Positions 41,230-54,539 of a DNA stretch of 64,000 nt are shown here, piece after piece. Each line of letters begins with the position of its first letter. Position 1 is the stretch's first letter. The notes beneath the pieces were generated by a model. The model was not told where the DNA came from. It ran no database searches and was given only the letters and a program-made list of their open reading frames with translations. Source of the DNA: Kudoa neothunni (lineage: Eukaryota; Animalia; Cnidaria); the NCBI GenBank assembly GCA_964304625.1, contig OZ199838.1, forward strand, positions 16,983,853 to 17,047,852, written 5' to 3'. Made by a program: the position numbers and the translations under genes.

Positions 41230-42784
41230 ACAGGCTGCATTTTCACGTTCATATAGCATGGTGAACCTACAAAAGTCGATGGCAAAGTATACAACCGTCC
41301 CGCCCCATTTATTTCACCGTTGCTACTAATACTATCAATTAAATTGATGTAAGAATCAACACGAAGTCTATATTGTTTCGCTCTGATAAAACAAAGTCTC
41401 TCTGATTCCATCTTCACAAACATATCTACAGCATATTGTTGGAATAATGTCCAAAAGTGATGAAGCATGTTAAAACTATTTTCCCCTTCCATAAAATGTA
41501 GAGAATAGAAATTCTGACATGAAACACTTTTGTTTGCGTCAATCTGTAGAATATGAAAATGGTAACCATCTTGATCATAGACATTAGTTAATGGATATTG
41601 CAAAACATAATGCGATCTGTATGTTTCGCTTATTCTTTATATTCTGTTATCCTTATTCCTCAAAACAATATCCTTCGTACAATGCTGCTCATCCGACATT
41701 GCGATGGCCACCTCATTTCAAGTTGAAGAGTTGTATTTTCTCTCATTTTCTCCCTGTGGAAGCTTATCAGAGTTTATAATTATATCAAAATCAGAAGACG
41801 GGTGCATTTCTAAGTCATGCCTAAAACTGTGGATGTAGCTAGTGTGTCTGTGTAACATACATATCTTGAAGCGCTAAAATAATATTATGCCTATGCTAGA
41901 GATACATATTGGATCGATTTTGAGCTTGAAAATACATGTTTTGTACGAAATATAATCGCAAGAATTTCGTTCCTCATTTTCAGAAGTCAATAGCGATTCA
42001 ATTCGATGACACATTCGACCGTGAACCTTAAAAGTAAAGTAGGCATGAATCTGTTCCTACAAATTACGTTCGCTCCAAAAGATGTCATCTGGAAAGTGCA
42101 GTTGTATTTTCGGATATTTTGTAGAAAGTGTCTTGAAATTCCGGAGTCTTCATAGAAAATGAGATGAATCAGGTAGTGTGTCCAAAATAACATTACCGCC
42201 GGAACAACACATACCCGAAAATTCGTTTATCCACTTCTTAGCGCGGCATTTTGGACAAATTTTCGACATTTTCCAAATTGTAATATTCGTTTCATTTTCA
42301 TGTTGTAGCAAAGGTCGTAATGCAAAGCGACCATATTCCAAGTATCATCAGGCATACTTCGCGTTTGTTGACCTAATAGAACAGGAGTGTAATAAGGTTC
42401 AGGTACAAATTTACTGTCTAATCCTGTGTTGTGTTCATTTATAGGTGACACTGCAGGACTCTGTTGAGTCGTCTCACATACACGTCGATTTCTATTTCTT
42501 ACTCTATTTGCTTCTCGTCTTCGTTCTCTTTGCTCGTCGGCAATTACGTTGTGAGTGTTGGTGTGACTCCTGAGAAGAAATAGAAGCAAGTGGATTTCGA
42601 TTTGAAATATGCATTCACTGTGATTCTAAATCACACTCAGGCCATATTGTTGTTTCCACAACTCTCCTCTCTTGTATTCGCCTAGTTCGTCGTAGCGATG
42701 AATGATTCGATGAATTGTGCATACATATTGTCCGTCCATGTGAACAGTCTAATCGAAAGCAGGGTTGAGTGTGCGATGTCTTGG

Positions 42785-42914
42785 TGTTATTAATTTGATG
42801 TAGCGCTGTAGAAAAACACACTGTTTATGATGATAACGGATAAAATGCCGCTTAGATGGATTATCCATTGTTTATTATATTGCAATGTTAAATAACATAT
42901 GCAAATCCGTCACA
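42785..42914 (-). repeat. BEL 3' LTR
   Basis: TG...CA ends, preceded on the minus strand by a purine tract GGGGGAG (plus-strand ctccccc 42915-42921). Four substitutions relative to the 5' LTR. Confidence 0.95.
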
Positions 42915-45900
42915 CTCCCCCAAATTAAGTTCAGAATCCATCAATTTCTAAGGGGTAGAGTTGAGCCAAAGATCTCTTAGATGTCTTTCGGTTACCAAAC
43001 TTAATCATCGCCGACCTTATTTGATTATCATGACCCTTTAGCAACTGTATGACTCTAGCAATTTTCTAGTTAAGCTTTGAGTCCTGGTCATGCACCAGAA
43101 CGATATCGCCAACTTTAGGTGTCAGTTCACTAGGCGATTCAGTAATCAACCGGTTGTTGTATCTTTCTTTCAAACTCAATAGGTATTCTCTTCTCCAATG
43201 ATTATTGAATACTGAAAGTAATTTTTGACCCTTTTTCCAATGATTGATAATTTGTTCCTTCCTTAGATCCATTTGAAATGTTTCCAAATCATCCTCAGGC
43301 TTTAAGGTATAAGGATCACGTCGTGGATTCAGTATCAGAAAATCATTAGGTGTGATGGGGCGAATAACGGAATCAGCATCAACATAGGTTAATGGTCGAT
43401 TATTCACCACATTTTCCATTTCGAATAAAAATGTCGACAGATGAGATAAGCTAAGTATCTTCTTTTTGGTGGTATATTGAAAACAGTTTTTGACAATTTT
43501 GATTAATCTCTCATATACGCCTCCCTTCCAAGGAGCAAACGCTGGTGTGAATTTCCATACTACATCATTATTAGTGAGAAAATCTTTTATTATGGATTCA
43601 GCCAGTCCGAATTGTGTTGCGTTATCCGATAAAATTTCTAGCGGTCTCCCTCTTCGAGCGATAAACCTACGATGACACATCAAGAACTCTTCAGCGGATA
43701 AATTGTGAATGATTTCGAGGTGTATTGCCCTTACAGCTAAACATGTGTAAAGTAAAGGCAGATCCAGACCTTTTCATTATCTGATCCGATCATTACCCCA
43801 ATTGGGCCAAAATAGTCCAGGCCAACATGAGTGAATGCAGGAGATACGTTAACTCTAGAGACAGGAAACGGTGGAACATTGTAAGGTTTACTCTTTAGTA
43901 TTTTGCATTGATGACATTTTCTAATGAATTTTTTAACTTGAGATCGCCCTTTAGGTATCCAGTATTGCGATTGAACCACTGAAAGCGTATAAGATACACC
44001 ACCATGAATCGCTCTAAGATGAGCATCCATGATAATGAGTTTCGTGTATTTTGTTGGTCTTGGTAACAATTTAGGATTAATTTCATCATATGCAAGTTGG
44101 GCAAAATCAAGTCGACCAGCACATCTGACTAGATCATTTTTGTCGAAAAAAAGTCGTGGTAAGTTGTTGATTTTCACAGGTTCTCCATTTTTAACTGATT
44201 CGTATATATCATGAAGATGGCTTTTTTGAATCCACAAGTCCCACATCATTCTAGCTCTTTCTAATTCTCGAGCCGTAAGACATCCATTTATTTTGATGTT
44301 TTCTCTAGTGTTATAACAAAAACGATTACACCGCGCGGTAACCCGTAGTAGCTTAAGTAGACTAGTAAAATTTTCAATTTCAATAGAGAATGGACTTTGT
44401 ATTAAGTGATTATTTGAATCTTGAACAACCAATGTTTTTATTTGCGTAGATTCATGCTTTGCTAATTCGACCAGCGCTTCATTAGGAATATTAAGGTTAT
44501 CTACAGCATGCATAGACTTCCCATAACGATTCATCCGATTGTAGCCAAGTCGGGCCATTCCACCATAAAGAGCTTTCAGACAGTTCAGATACGAGCATTC
44601 CTCTTGTAGGTATATCCGCTGGGTTTTCAGCAGTAGGTACATATTTGATTGTTATATCCAAATTGCATTTGAGTTCATTTATTCTATTTTTGACGAATAT
44701 CGATAAGTTCTTTTTTGAATAATACCAATACATAACGCATTTGGAGTCCACAAAGAGCATACATTTTGATATATCAATTAACAATTGGCTCTTAACAAAA
44801 TGCAAGGAACTGCCAGCGATAATAGCTCCCATCAATTCGAGATTCGAGTCTTGGTATGGATAGCTTTTTCATTGGAGATATTCTAGCCTTGGCAAAAACT
44901 AACTTGGAATACCATGAACCAGACTTTTTGTAGCAAATGTACACACAGCAGGCATAAGCATTCATGGACGCATCAGAAAAGGAGATTCGTTGAGGTTCCT
45001 CAGAACCCTGAATATCAATGAAGCGTTGAATTTCAAGTTTTTCGATGCCAGTAATATCATTCATTATTTTATCTATTTCACTTTTGGCTTCGTCACCAAT
45101 ATAATCGTCCCAATTTTTTGATTCCATCCATAAATTCTTCAGAAGTATTTTGCCCTTCAACATCGTTGGACAAAAAAATCCGAGTGGATCGAATACTTTG
45201 GATCATTGTTTTTGTCACATCTCGTTTGGACATCGCAGAATTGGTGCCGAAACCTCCAATTCTCAGGCTGTCAGATTTTGTATTCCAGATTAAGCCTAAG
45301 ACATTTATCTGTGTTGATTGAAGTTTCTCGTTGGTTGGAAATAATTTGTTAAATTCATTGCAATTCGAGCTCTATTCCAACAGATTCATTGAGCATTTTT
45401 TGAAAATACTTATCATTTCTTCTCGAGCAGTCATCACTTCCTCAATAGTATCTAATCCAATTATGAAATTGTCCATGTAAACGTTCGATAAAATTTTTCG
45501 GCATAGTTTTGAATTTGAACTTTCCAAGTGATGTTTTATAGTCGAACAAAGAATAAATGGAGATGCCTTTATTCCAAATGGAACTCTTTTAAATCGATAT
45601 ATCAAAACATTGTTTTTAGAAATGCCATTGTTCAAATTTTTGATACATAAGAATCTCGTCAGGTCTCTATCACTTTCTTGAACACCGATTTGCAGAAACG
45701 CTTTCTCAATATCGCATAAAACTATAAATCTTTTGAATCGCATACGTAGTAGAATCCCGGTAAGATCATTCAACAGCATAGGTCCATCCAGTAAACAATC
45801 ATTAAAACTTTTCGAAAGCTTATTTGATTTATACTATGCATTAAATACAATGCGACTTTTTGTCATTGGTTTGTTTGTTGGAGTTACCATATGATGAGGT

Positions 45901-48134
45901 AAGTAGTGACATCCCTTTAAACTTGGTTGATTTTCGTTGACTATTTCTATTATCTCATTTTCCAGTTGATCACAGATTATATCACAATAAATTTTATATA
46001 ATTCTTCAGAATTCAATAGTTTCTTCGTTAAATTTGCTAATTGAGCCGGGCAGTTGAAATAATTATGTGGCAATTTTGAAATATCAGCATTAAATGGCCA
46101 TTTGATATGATATCGATTATTTTGGAATTTTAATGTACTTTTAAAATGTTTAATAGAAATCGTATGTTCTTCGTCAAGTGGGTCATCCGTTATACCGATC
46201 GAGTCCAATTTCCAAAGTTTTGAAACCTCTGTTTGGAAAGGTTCCACGCTGCTTACATCTGTTATAGGAGAAAGGTTTTTGTCGAGAGGATAATCACAGA
46301 AGAATACACAAGATGGATCATCGTGTACACTCACAACCATGTTCCCAGTTGGTATAATGCCAAAAATTGTTTTTATTAGATTGATAGGTCCAGTAGATGG
46401 ATCAAGCTTAGAAACGAAGATTCTCCAGAAGTAGTTAGATCCAACTAGCAAGTCTATTCAAGCATTAGAATAGGGTGAGATTCCATCGGCGAATTTCTCC
46501 GTGCACGATATATTTTTGACAATATTATCAAGTAAGGGGACTTGAATTTTTGAGGAAATCATCGGGACAGTTCTAACCATTAATTTAAATATCTTTTCAT
46601 TAGGTTTGTTAATGCAAATCCATGCAGTTGAAGAATTCAAAGATCTAGGTGAGGAGGATCCGAAAGTTGAGACCGTGACTTTTCCTTTTGATATGGGTTT
46701 TAGTTCCAGTTTTTTAAATATCTTCTCTCACGTAACTAGAAGCACTACCAGTATCTAAAATAATGTTAGCATCAGCAACATGATGGGTATCGTATGGACT
46801 GACAAGTGTCGCTCTAAATGTGGGAATGAGTGCAGAGTTGATTTCTTGGTTAGGTCCAGAAGAATATAATTGAACGTTACAATTATCGTTCATTGAATTA
46901 CCAATATCGCAAGGTTGAATATCCTCAGAGTCATTTTTTTGAGCTATAAGAACCTTCTCTGAATGAGTTTGGAATTTTTTCGGGCAAAGGCTACGATGAT
47001 GATTCAATGATTGACAATGATAACACGCGTTATTATGATAGCAATTTCTTGACTTGTGAAATTTCAGGCATTTGATACATTTTTCTCCAAGTTTTTTAGA
47101 TCTCTCCTTTGTTGAGATATACTTTCTGCAATCATCACTGTAATGATGGCCATTGCAGAAAGCACATTTCAAGCCTTTTGGTAACCGGCTGATGAAATTA
47201 GAGTTTGTTAACGTTTTATTAAAGGGTTTGAATGAAGTCACATTGGTTGTTTCCAAGAGTTCAAGAGACCAATTGTTATTCACTTTGGATTCTTCCAATT
47301 TCAATCGAAAGAATTTCGACAGTTTTGATATTTGATAGCTGGAACGGAATCATGTATGTTTCCGACATAGACAGATCTAGCAATTTAATTCTTTTTACAG
47401 ACGTAAAAATGAAATAAAATACACGACGCAGATCCGTAGTGGAGTTGGAAATAATATTCATATTCCCTAATTTTTCATACAAATTTCTGACTAGGTCTCC
47501 TTTTTATCATATCTCTTCTGAAGGATCTCCACTGCGGTTATGTAATCCATGTGTTTCCGCGGGCATATCATTCAGCATTTTCTTTGGTTCGCCGAATAAG
47601 GTAGACTTCAGGTACAATAATTTGGTGTAATCTCTCAAATTATTGTCATTTCCAATTAAGGATTGGAAATTCTCCCAATATTAAGGCCACCTTTCCAACG
47701 AACCACCAAAGTTCTCGAGTTTGATTGGCGGAAGACGTACGTTAGAGTTGCAGGTTCTGGTAGAGGTTAGAACCTCATTTTGCTCTAAGCTATATTGTTC
47801 GGCTTTGTTGTAAACAGACTTATAATAGATTTCTTGATCATTTGATATGATTTCTTCGGCATCTTTTAACAGAAGTTCGACGTCCACAATAATGTTACTA
47901 CAATCGGTGAAATCGTTTGTATTTCCACCATTAACGAAGTTTATGACGTATTCCTTATACAGATTCAGAAGACATGCAAGTTTTTTCTTAGTTTTACAGA
48001 GTTCAGCAATGTCTATATTTCCGTCCAGTCCATGTGAGACTGGAGCTGCTTCGATAACAAGTTAATTTTCGTCTCAATCGCAGACAGCAGCGTTATTACA
48101 GAATTTCCGAGTGTATTGTCCGCATCGGGTGCCA

Positions 48135-48264
48135 TGTTATTAATTTAATGTAACGCTGTAGAAAAACACACTGTTCATGATGATAACAGATAAAATGCCG
48201 CTTAGATGGATTATCCATTGTTTATTATATTGCAATGTTAAATAACATATGCAAATCCGTCACA
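48135..48264 (-). repeat. BEL 5' LTR
   Basis: Followed immediately on the minus strand by a primer-binding site TGGCACCCGATG; the tRNA identity is not firmly assigned (Lys-like). Confidence 0.95.
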
Positions 48265-48560
48265 CTTGGTGTGTATAGGCAAAATATGGTTGACTCTATA
48301 AAAAATTAGGGATGCGATCGAATGATATAGTTTACTTGCCAACAACTTATTCATAAACAAATGTTTAGAGGGAGACAAGAAGAAATTTCCATTGCATAAT
48401 ATTAGAGTGTCAGACGCAGAACATCAATATTAAAGTGATTGGGGGTGGAAGATTTTAGGCGAAATAATAAAGAATTAATTCAATTAATCGATTGATAAAA
48501 AATTATGGAGTCATGAGATGCAAACGTTATTTAAACTTTCAACGTACTTTATTAAATTTA

Positions 48561-49354
48561 ATATATATATATATAAAGTAGTAGTGTCTGTGTGTGCATT
48601 AATCTTCTCTTCATACAGAGACTTTTTAGACTATTTGAGTTTCTTAGTATACTTTAAAAAAAATACCAAGAGGTTGCCTACTTTCTTATAAAGTGGTTAA
48701 TTTGTAGTGTAAACTTTTTTCAAACAGATTAGCGCTGATGACAATGAGATTACCACTGCACATGATACGCTATAATGTTCAATGATATTCGTAGATAACT
48801 CTAATTTTCTGTATTTATATACAACTGAAACTTTGAAAGTTTACTCTTTTCTACTTTTGAACGTACTTAAGACGAATTACAACATTTGTTCGTGCGTGGG
48901 CGGGGTTTCTGTGCAAACAAAGATTTGTTGCTTAAACGGGAAATTAATAAATCAATACGCTTGAATATATTATTCACTTTGCACGTTTAGTTAAAGATAA
49001 AAAGTTATATTTTTTTAAATAAACATAAAATTATGTTAGAACGTTATGATTAAGTAAAACATTGTTAACAAACTTTTAGATTAGTTAGTTCATCGGTTCA
49101 TCGACGGGTTGGGTAAAACGATTAATACGCCTCATGATTTGTAAGAACTTATGATTTCTAAATGAAAATAAAGTCTGATGACGAAGAAAGTGATGATGAT
49201 CGGTCATTGCTGTTTATTTCGATTATGGCTGTTCTAGAAAGGTCGATAAGATAATTATAATTGACTTTGAACTTAAAATGACCTTCGCCCGCTCACGGCT
49301 TTTATCAGGGTGGCCGGGCAAGGAAACCAAAGCGAAGCGGGGTTTTTGCGCTAG
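48561..49354 (+). mobile_element. Non-autonomous Helitron
   Basis: 5' (TA)n-AAGTAGTAGTGTCTGTGTGT motif. The 3' end ...GGCCGGGCAAGGAA...GCGAAGCGGGGTTTTTGCGCTAG-T is homologous to the 3' end of Helitron B at 36457-36540. Confidence 0.6.
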
Positions 49355-49356
49355 TA

Positions 49357-50453
49357 TGTATATATATAAAGGAGGACTGTCGGTATGTTTGTGTGTGTAT
49401 GCCCCTAAGTACGCAAGTGCGGATAACTTTTTCCCTAAAGAGATAGTCATATATAAAATTTTTATAAATTTGTGATATTTAAAAAATCGTTTAATTGTTT
49501 TCGGACTACTAAAGTTTCCAAATGGTATTTATGAAATAGTGATTTTGTCGATTTAAAGTTGTTTATCGTATTACATGAGTTCAACTATAGGATTATCGTT
49601 TGCTTACGTTATGGTGATGGTCGGTTGAAGTTAACTATCTCCCTTATATACTCTATCATATGTTAATTGAATGATGCCATCTGTCTTTACATATAAGATT
49701 TATGCGTTTATTTTATTGTTTTGCACAAATAAATTCCTTATATCGGGAGTTTTAATGTAATTGACTTGATAAGCACATTCTGAAGGCTCTATCAATGGAT
49801 TTAGATATGAAAAAATGTCAATATTTGCATTATTATTTAGTTGGTTATATGTGTTATAATCAGATAGATTGAAGCACTATAACGCAAGTGTTGTGTCCGT
49901 AGATTTCATTGAAACCGTCCGTTATGTTGAACTTTCAGTGATTCAATTAAGTGCAGATGGTTATTTCATCCGATTATTTTAATTATTTGTTATAAAAAGC
50001 GCATTAGAATTTTTGCGGAACAAAGGATATTAATTTTAGCAATATCAATTAATTTTCATACGTTTTCTTCTATCTCTATTACTTTCTCCATTTTTTTATC
50101 TCTTAAAAAGTTAATGGTACACGCAGTTATCGAACGGGCCACAATTCAACTTTTAAAAATCCTCCGGCCAAAAAATAACGTTTTACATAACCTTAAACGG
50201 GATTTAAACAATTCAGGAATGAAAAAAATACGATGCTGACCTTAACTTATTTAGCGTTAGTGCCGAGCCACGAAATCTTAAATGAACATAATTTAAACTT
50301 CATAATCAAAATCGTTAAAGTATATTGCTTAAATTTTTTTATTTATTTTGCATCTATGGGTTAATTTTAGGTTTTAATATATTTTTCGAATATTGTTAAG
50401 AAACGCGTATCTATGCGAAATCTTCCCCAAGCAACGCTGGGCAGTTTCGCTAG
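49357..50453 (+). mobile_element. Second non-autonomous Helitron, head-to-tail with the first
   Basis: 5' TGTATATATATAAAGGAGGACTGTCGGTATGTTTGTGTGT. 3' hairpin CCCAAGCAACGCTGGG followed by CAGTTTCGCTAG-T. Confidence 0.65.
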
Positions 50454-50820
50454 TTAATAGTTAATTTCTACATTTATTATCAAAAAAACGCTTATTATAG
50501 ATATATATATATATATATATATTTTATTTAATGTAATTTAATAAGTATAAAAATACTGGAGATAATTTATTTTATTTTATAAATTTTTGTACTTGTTTTT
50601 TATTTTTTAAAAGAAAATTTTTTGTCCACTAAAATTGTTTCAATTTATTTTGTAAAGTTAGGTTATTTTTAATTTTTAGGTTTTATATTGTTCAGTGTGT
50701 TGAACAAATTAATATTTATTTATCTCCCATATAAGAAATTAATTTGTCTGTAATAATATCAATAATACAAAAATACACAAAATCTATATTATGAATAACA
50801 TGCCTGTTAATTATTATATA

Positions 50821-52708
50821 GGGTTTCTCAATTGAACTCGGCGCCATTTTGGTTCCAACAATAGTTCATATTTGAACATTAATGATATTTTTAGTAAACG
50901 TTTATTAGTTATTCCCGTAAAAAAAAATAAATAAATATCAATGGAAAACACACAATATATTACATGTTAAAAACAAGCTTAATTCGATTTCCCCAACAAA
51001 TTTTTGTGTAACCTTTAATAGGTACCATATAATAATTCCTCTTTAAAATTTATTTTTAAGAAAATTATATCATAGAAAGAACCAATGTAATATCAACCTT
51101 AGACTCAGGAACAAAAGACCTCGTATAATAAATACGATCAAAAGATCGAGGCAGCGCATTAAAAATATGGTAAACTGAATATGTTTCTTTCGTATCTCAG
51201 ATAATGGTCTTATCATCAGAATTCTCTAATTCTGTCAACCACGTGTGACGTTTTCTGACCGAACTCATTGGTTACTAAAATTGCGTTGTCGCAAAGAAAT
51301 TTCATAGTGCAATGAATCCAGAAGAGAGAAATAACAATTTAATTGAATCTGATGGTTCTATTTCCGATGACAATGAATTTCTAATTATTTTGGAGCCTAA
51401 GAAACGAGTTCAACGGAAAACAATATCGTCTGAACTGAGAAAGCAAATGTTCAACTTTTTTGAAAAGGGGAGGAGTGATACCTATATTGCATCGGAGATG
51501 CGTCTGCCTGGGTCTACTGTCTGGTCTATTTTATCCAAATTCAGGATGAGTAGAACTCTTGAACCGAAACCTAGAGGCGGAAATAGACGACCTGTTCTTT
51601 CTCCCGAACAGAAGGAAAAAATAAAGTCCATGAGGATTTTGGAATTGTTGTGTCGCTTAGTACAATCGACAGGGTGATTGGACAATTTCACTATACTCTA
51701 AAAAACTTAGTGAGAATGCCGGAGAGAAGAAACTGCGAAACCACCATTCAAAAAAGAAAGGAATATGCAGAAATGTTCAGGGAGTTGGAAACGACGGTGA
51801 CTCATGAGAGTATTGTTTTCCTCGATGAAGTAGGGTTCTCTGTTGTGACGCGACCTAAAAGAGATAGATCGTTAAAAGGAACGTCAGCCTATTGCTTTGT
51901 TTCGCTACTAGAAGTAGGAATATTTCTGTTGTCGCAGCTGTAAATAAAAATAGAATAATTTACAGCAAAATACACGACAAGGCGGTTACAGGGGAGGACT
52001 TTAAGAATTCCTGTATAACGAAAGGTGTGCATCAATCGATTTTCGTAAAGGATAATGCCAAAATTCATCATTACACGGGATTAAAAGATTTGGTTGTTAG
52101 AGAAAATATCCCAATAAGGTATTTACCACCTTATAACCATTTTCTTAATCCCATAGAAAATGTCTTCTCTGTTTGGATAAACCTGGTCATCTGTAGGCAA
52201 TCCAAAAATGAAAATGAATTAAGAGTGACCATTAATGATTGCTTTAAAGAAATTACTCTACAACAATGCGATGGATTCTACCGCAAAATGTTAGGATACA
52301 TTACCAGGTCATCTCATGGAGAAATTATCTTAGAATAAAAAATATATAAATATCGGATTTAAAGTTTTGTTGTTTCTATTTATGTAAGAAATTTAGTAAC
52401 ACTATTTAACACCAAACTTAATATGGATATACGCTCTAATCTTTAATAATATTTAAAAATATGTTTAAAAGAAAAATAATTATTTAAATTGCAAAACATT
52501 AACTTTACAGCACAATGATTCGAGTATGTAGAGTAGTGTCATCATAATTGTAAGTTACGAGATATGTATATATATATATATTTTTTTTCTTTTAATTATT
52601 CGTTATTAAAAATTAAATTTATAGTTACATCTAAGTGATTTAAACGTCTAAATATGAATTATTGTTGGAACCAAAATGAAAATGGTGCCGAGTTCAATTG
52701 AGAAACCC
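50821..52708 (+). mobile_element. Tc1/IS630-like DD34E transposon; transposase 51312-52338 with two frameshifts
   Basis: ~55-bp TIRs (gggtttctcaattgaactcggcgccattttggttccaacaat...) flanked by TA. HTH, PRGGNR, FLDEVG and DNAKIH...LPPYNHFLNPIEN, with 34 residues between D and E. Confidence 0.93.
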
Positions 52709-53599
52709 TACAAGTTTATATGTAATTATGCTAGATTTATATATTATGCAATAGCAAGGATTTAATTCAATTTATAGTGATATTCGATAAACTTATTAAT
52801 GTAACTAATATTAAATCGCATGTTACATCTACTAATTATATTAAAGAGAAATATACATGTTTTGGATATTGTGAATTACACAGGCGTGAAGAAATTTTAA
52901 TATTATAATACATGTATGTAAAATGTTGGCTTAAAATTATAAAAAAAATTATTAGAATAAAATTGAAAAAACATGGATTAATTATATTTTAATAATTTAA
53001 TTGTAAACAAAATCATGCGACATTATTCAGTGGATGACACTTAATAATGTCTGCAGCTAGAATTTGGAATAATTGATTTCATAAATTACCTTTCTTATAT
53101 AATAACTTTTTCAAGCAAAAAATTATTTTTCCAAAATATATTTTTTATCTTATACTAGTAGGTTAGAGGTAACGTGAAATAATTAATTGATGATGAATAT
53201 GCTTACTTAAAGACGTAAAAACCGTATATTTTCTGTCTATTCTAATTACAGACTTAGTCAAATCTAAACCTTTCTCAGTTAAATTTTTATTTGACCCAAC
53301 TTAATTAAACGCTTTAAGTTTCAAACAAGCTAAAATTGAACAATTGGAATATGCTAACTTTTAATATTATATTTTTTTGTTAAATATTGAAATGTTTCTT
53401 TAACTTAATCATAAAATATTTCAAAATATCAAAATTTAGTGAATATGATAATTGATACCATTAAGATCACTTAACGTTGTGTCTTTTATAGAGCTAAATA
53501 TTCTCGAAACATCACGCAAATTTATGAGAAGACAATAACTATTAATTAAAATTATATATGCTTTTAATTTGTCTAATTAATTTGGTTGCGAGTTTGTCT

Positions 53600-54120
53600 T
53601 GGCCGACTCTTCGAAAGCATCATTCAGATATATATGTAGAAATAATATTTTATTGTTGGTGATGCTTCTATACTTCCGTTTGAAGACACTCCATGTACCT
53701 TCAATCCGGTCAGTGTGTACAACTGTCGAGGAGACAAATTCATTGTCGTGAATAACGGTCTCATGAAGATACCCAAGTTTGTGTAATCATGCGTAACCAC
53801 GCCATCCACCGGAATGACTTATGGACCATTTTTTAACATGATTGGTGATGATATTTTCTAATGTAGCATAATCCCTTTTTTTAGTCTCTACCATAAAAAC
53901 ATTTCCATTTTTATCAATGTCATCTACAATCCAGACACTTTGGTTTTATAGAATTCTGCCAACGCCGAATTTCCTTTTACAAATGAGGCTTTCATCGATC
54001 TGAATTTTAATTCCAGGACCTCCAATTTTGATCGGGTTTTCCAAAAAATAAGAGAGGCACACGTCTCTTAGAAAATTTTTCCAATCGACTACTGTATTGG
54101 CAGACCCAATGTCACATTGT
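53600..54120 (-). mobile_element. Merlin transposase fragment
   Basis: TVVDWKNFLRDVC...IGGPGIKIQIDESLICKRKFGVGR...VHTDRIEGTW. Confidence 0.85.
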
Positions 54121-54539
54121 CTCATACGTCATTCTTGGGTCGTTACACCTCTACACCTCTACTCCACAAATATATAAATTTTATGAGGGAATATAAAAAG
54201 AGGTGCGAATTCGAAAAAATTGACTCAGCTCTTAATGGGGATTCTCGGTGGCAATTTTTCCTCTTGCAAAGGAAGCTATATCCATCCAAAGAGGATTTCC
54301 TTAGAAATAATCTATCTTCTATATATATATATACATATATATATGAAGCTCTTATGTCTGTCAGTGTGTGTGTTTGCAGCAGTTCGCATGTGCAATGGAC
54401 AAACTTTCCTTAAATACAGCTTTTAGTATACATTTGAATAGATGATACCATTAATAAAAATCTTTCATTTACTTAGAAGTATAAATATAATCAATACTGC
54501 AGTTAGATGTAAGGTATTTTCCGGTTGTCTACTCAAATA

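Larger units (their letters stand above)
42785..48264 (-). mobile_element. Full-length BEL/Pao LTR retrotransposon (5480 bp), frameshifted gag-pol
   Basis: 130-bp LTRs at 42785-42914 and 48135-48264 with a perfect 5-bp TSD cttgg. Three Gag Cys/His knuckles, protease LDTGS, RT CDIEKAFLQI/VPFG/YMDN, RNase H FSDAS/VDSK/NPADIPTRG, integrase HHCC, GLDYFGP, SDNATQF and PWKGGVYERL. Confidence 0.97.
36457..48349 (-). mobile_element. Helitron (copy B; Rep + PIF1-like helicase), decayed, hosting a solo LTR and a BEL/Pao element
   Basis: Rep motifs IE(W)QQRGLPHAHILVW and HINVE...KYICKYVNKG. Helicase motifs ASPGIAATL...TAH, IIWDE, GDFS(Q)TLP, NKTQG, SHEQLYVA. The 3' end ...GCGAAGCGGGGCTTTGTCGCTATAG lies at 36457. 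The true 5' end is not defined. Confidence 0.9.
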
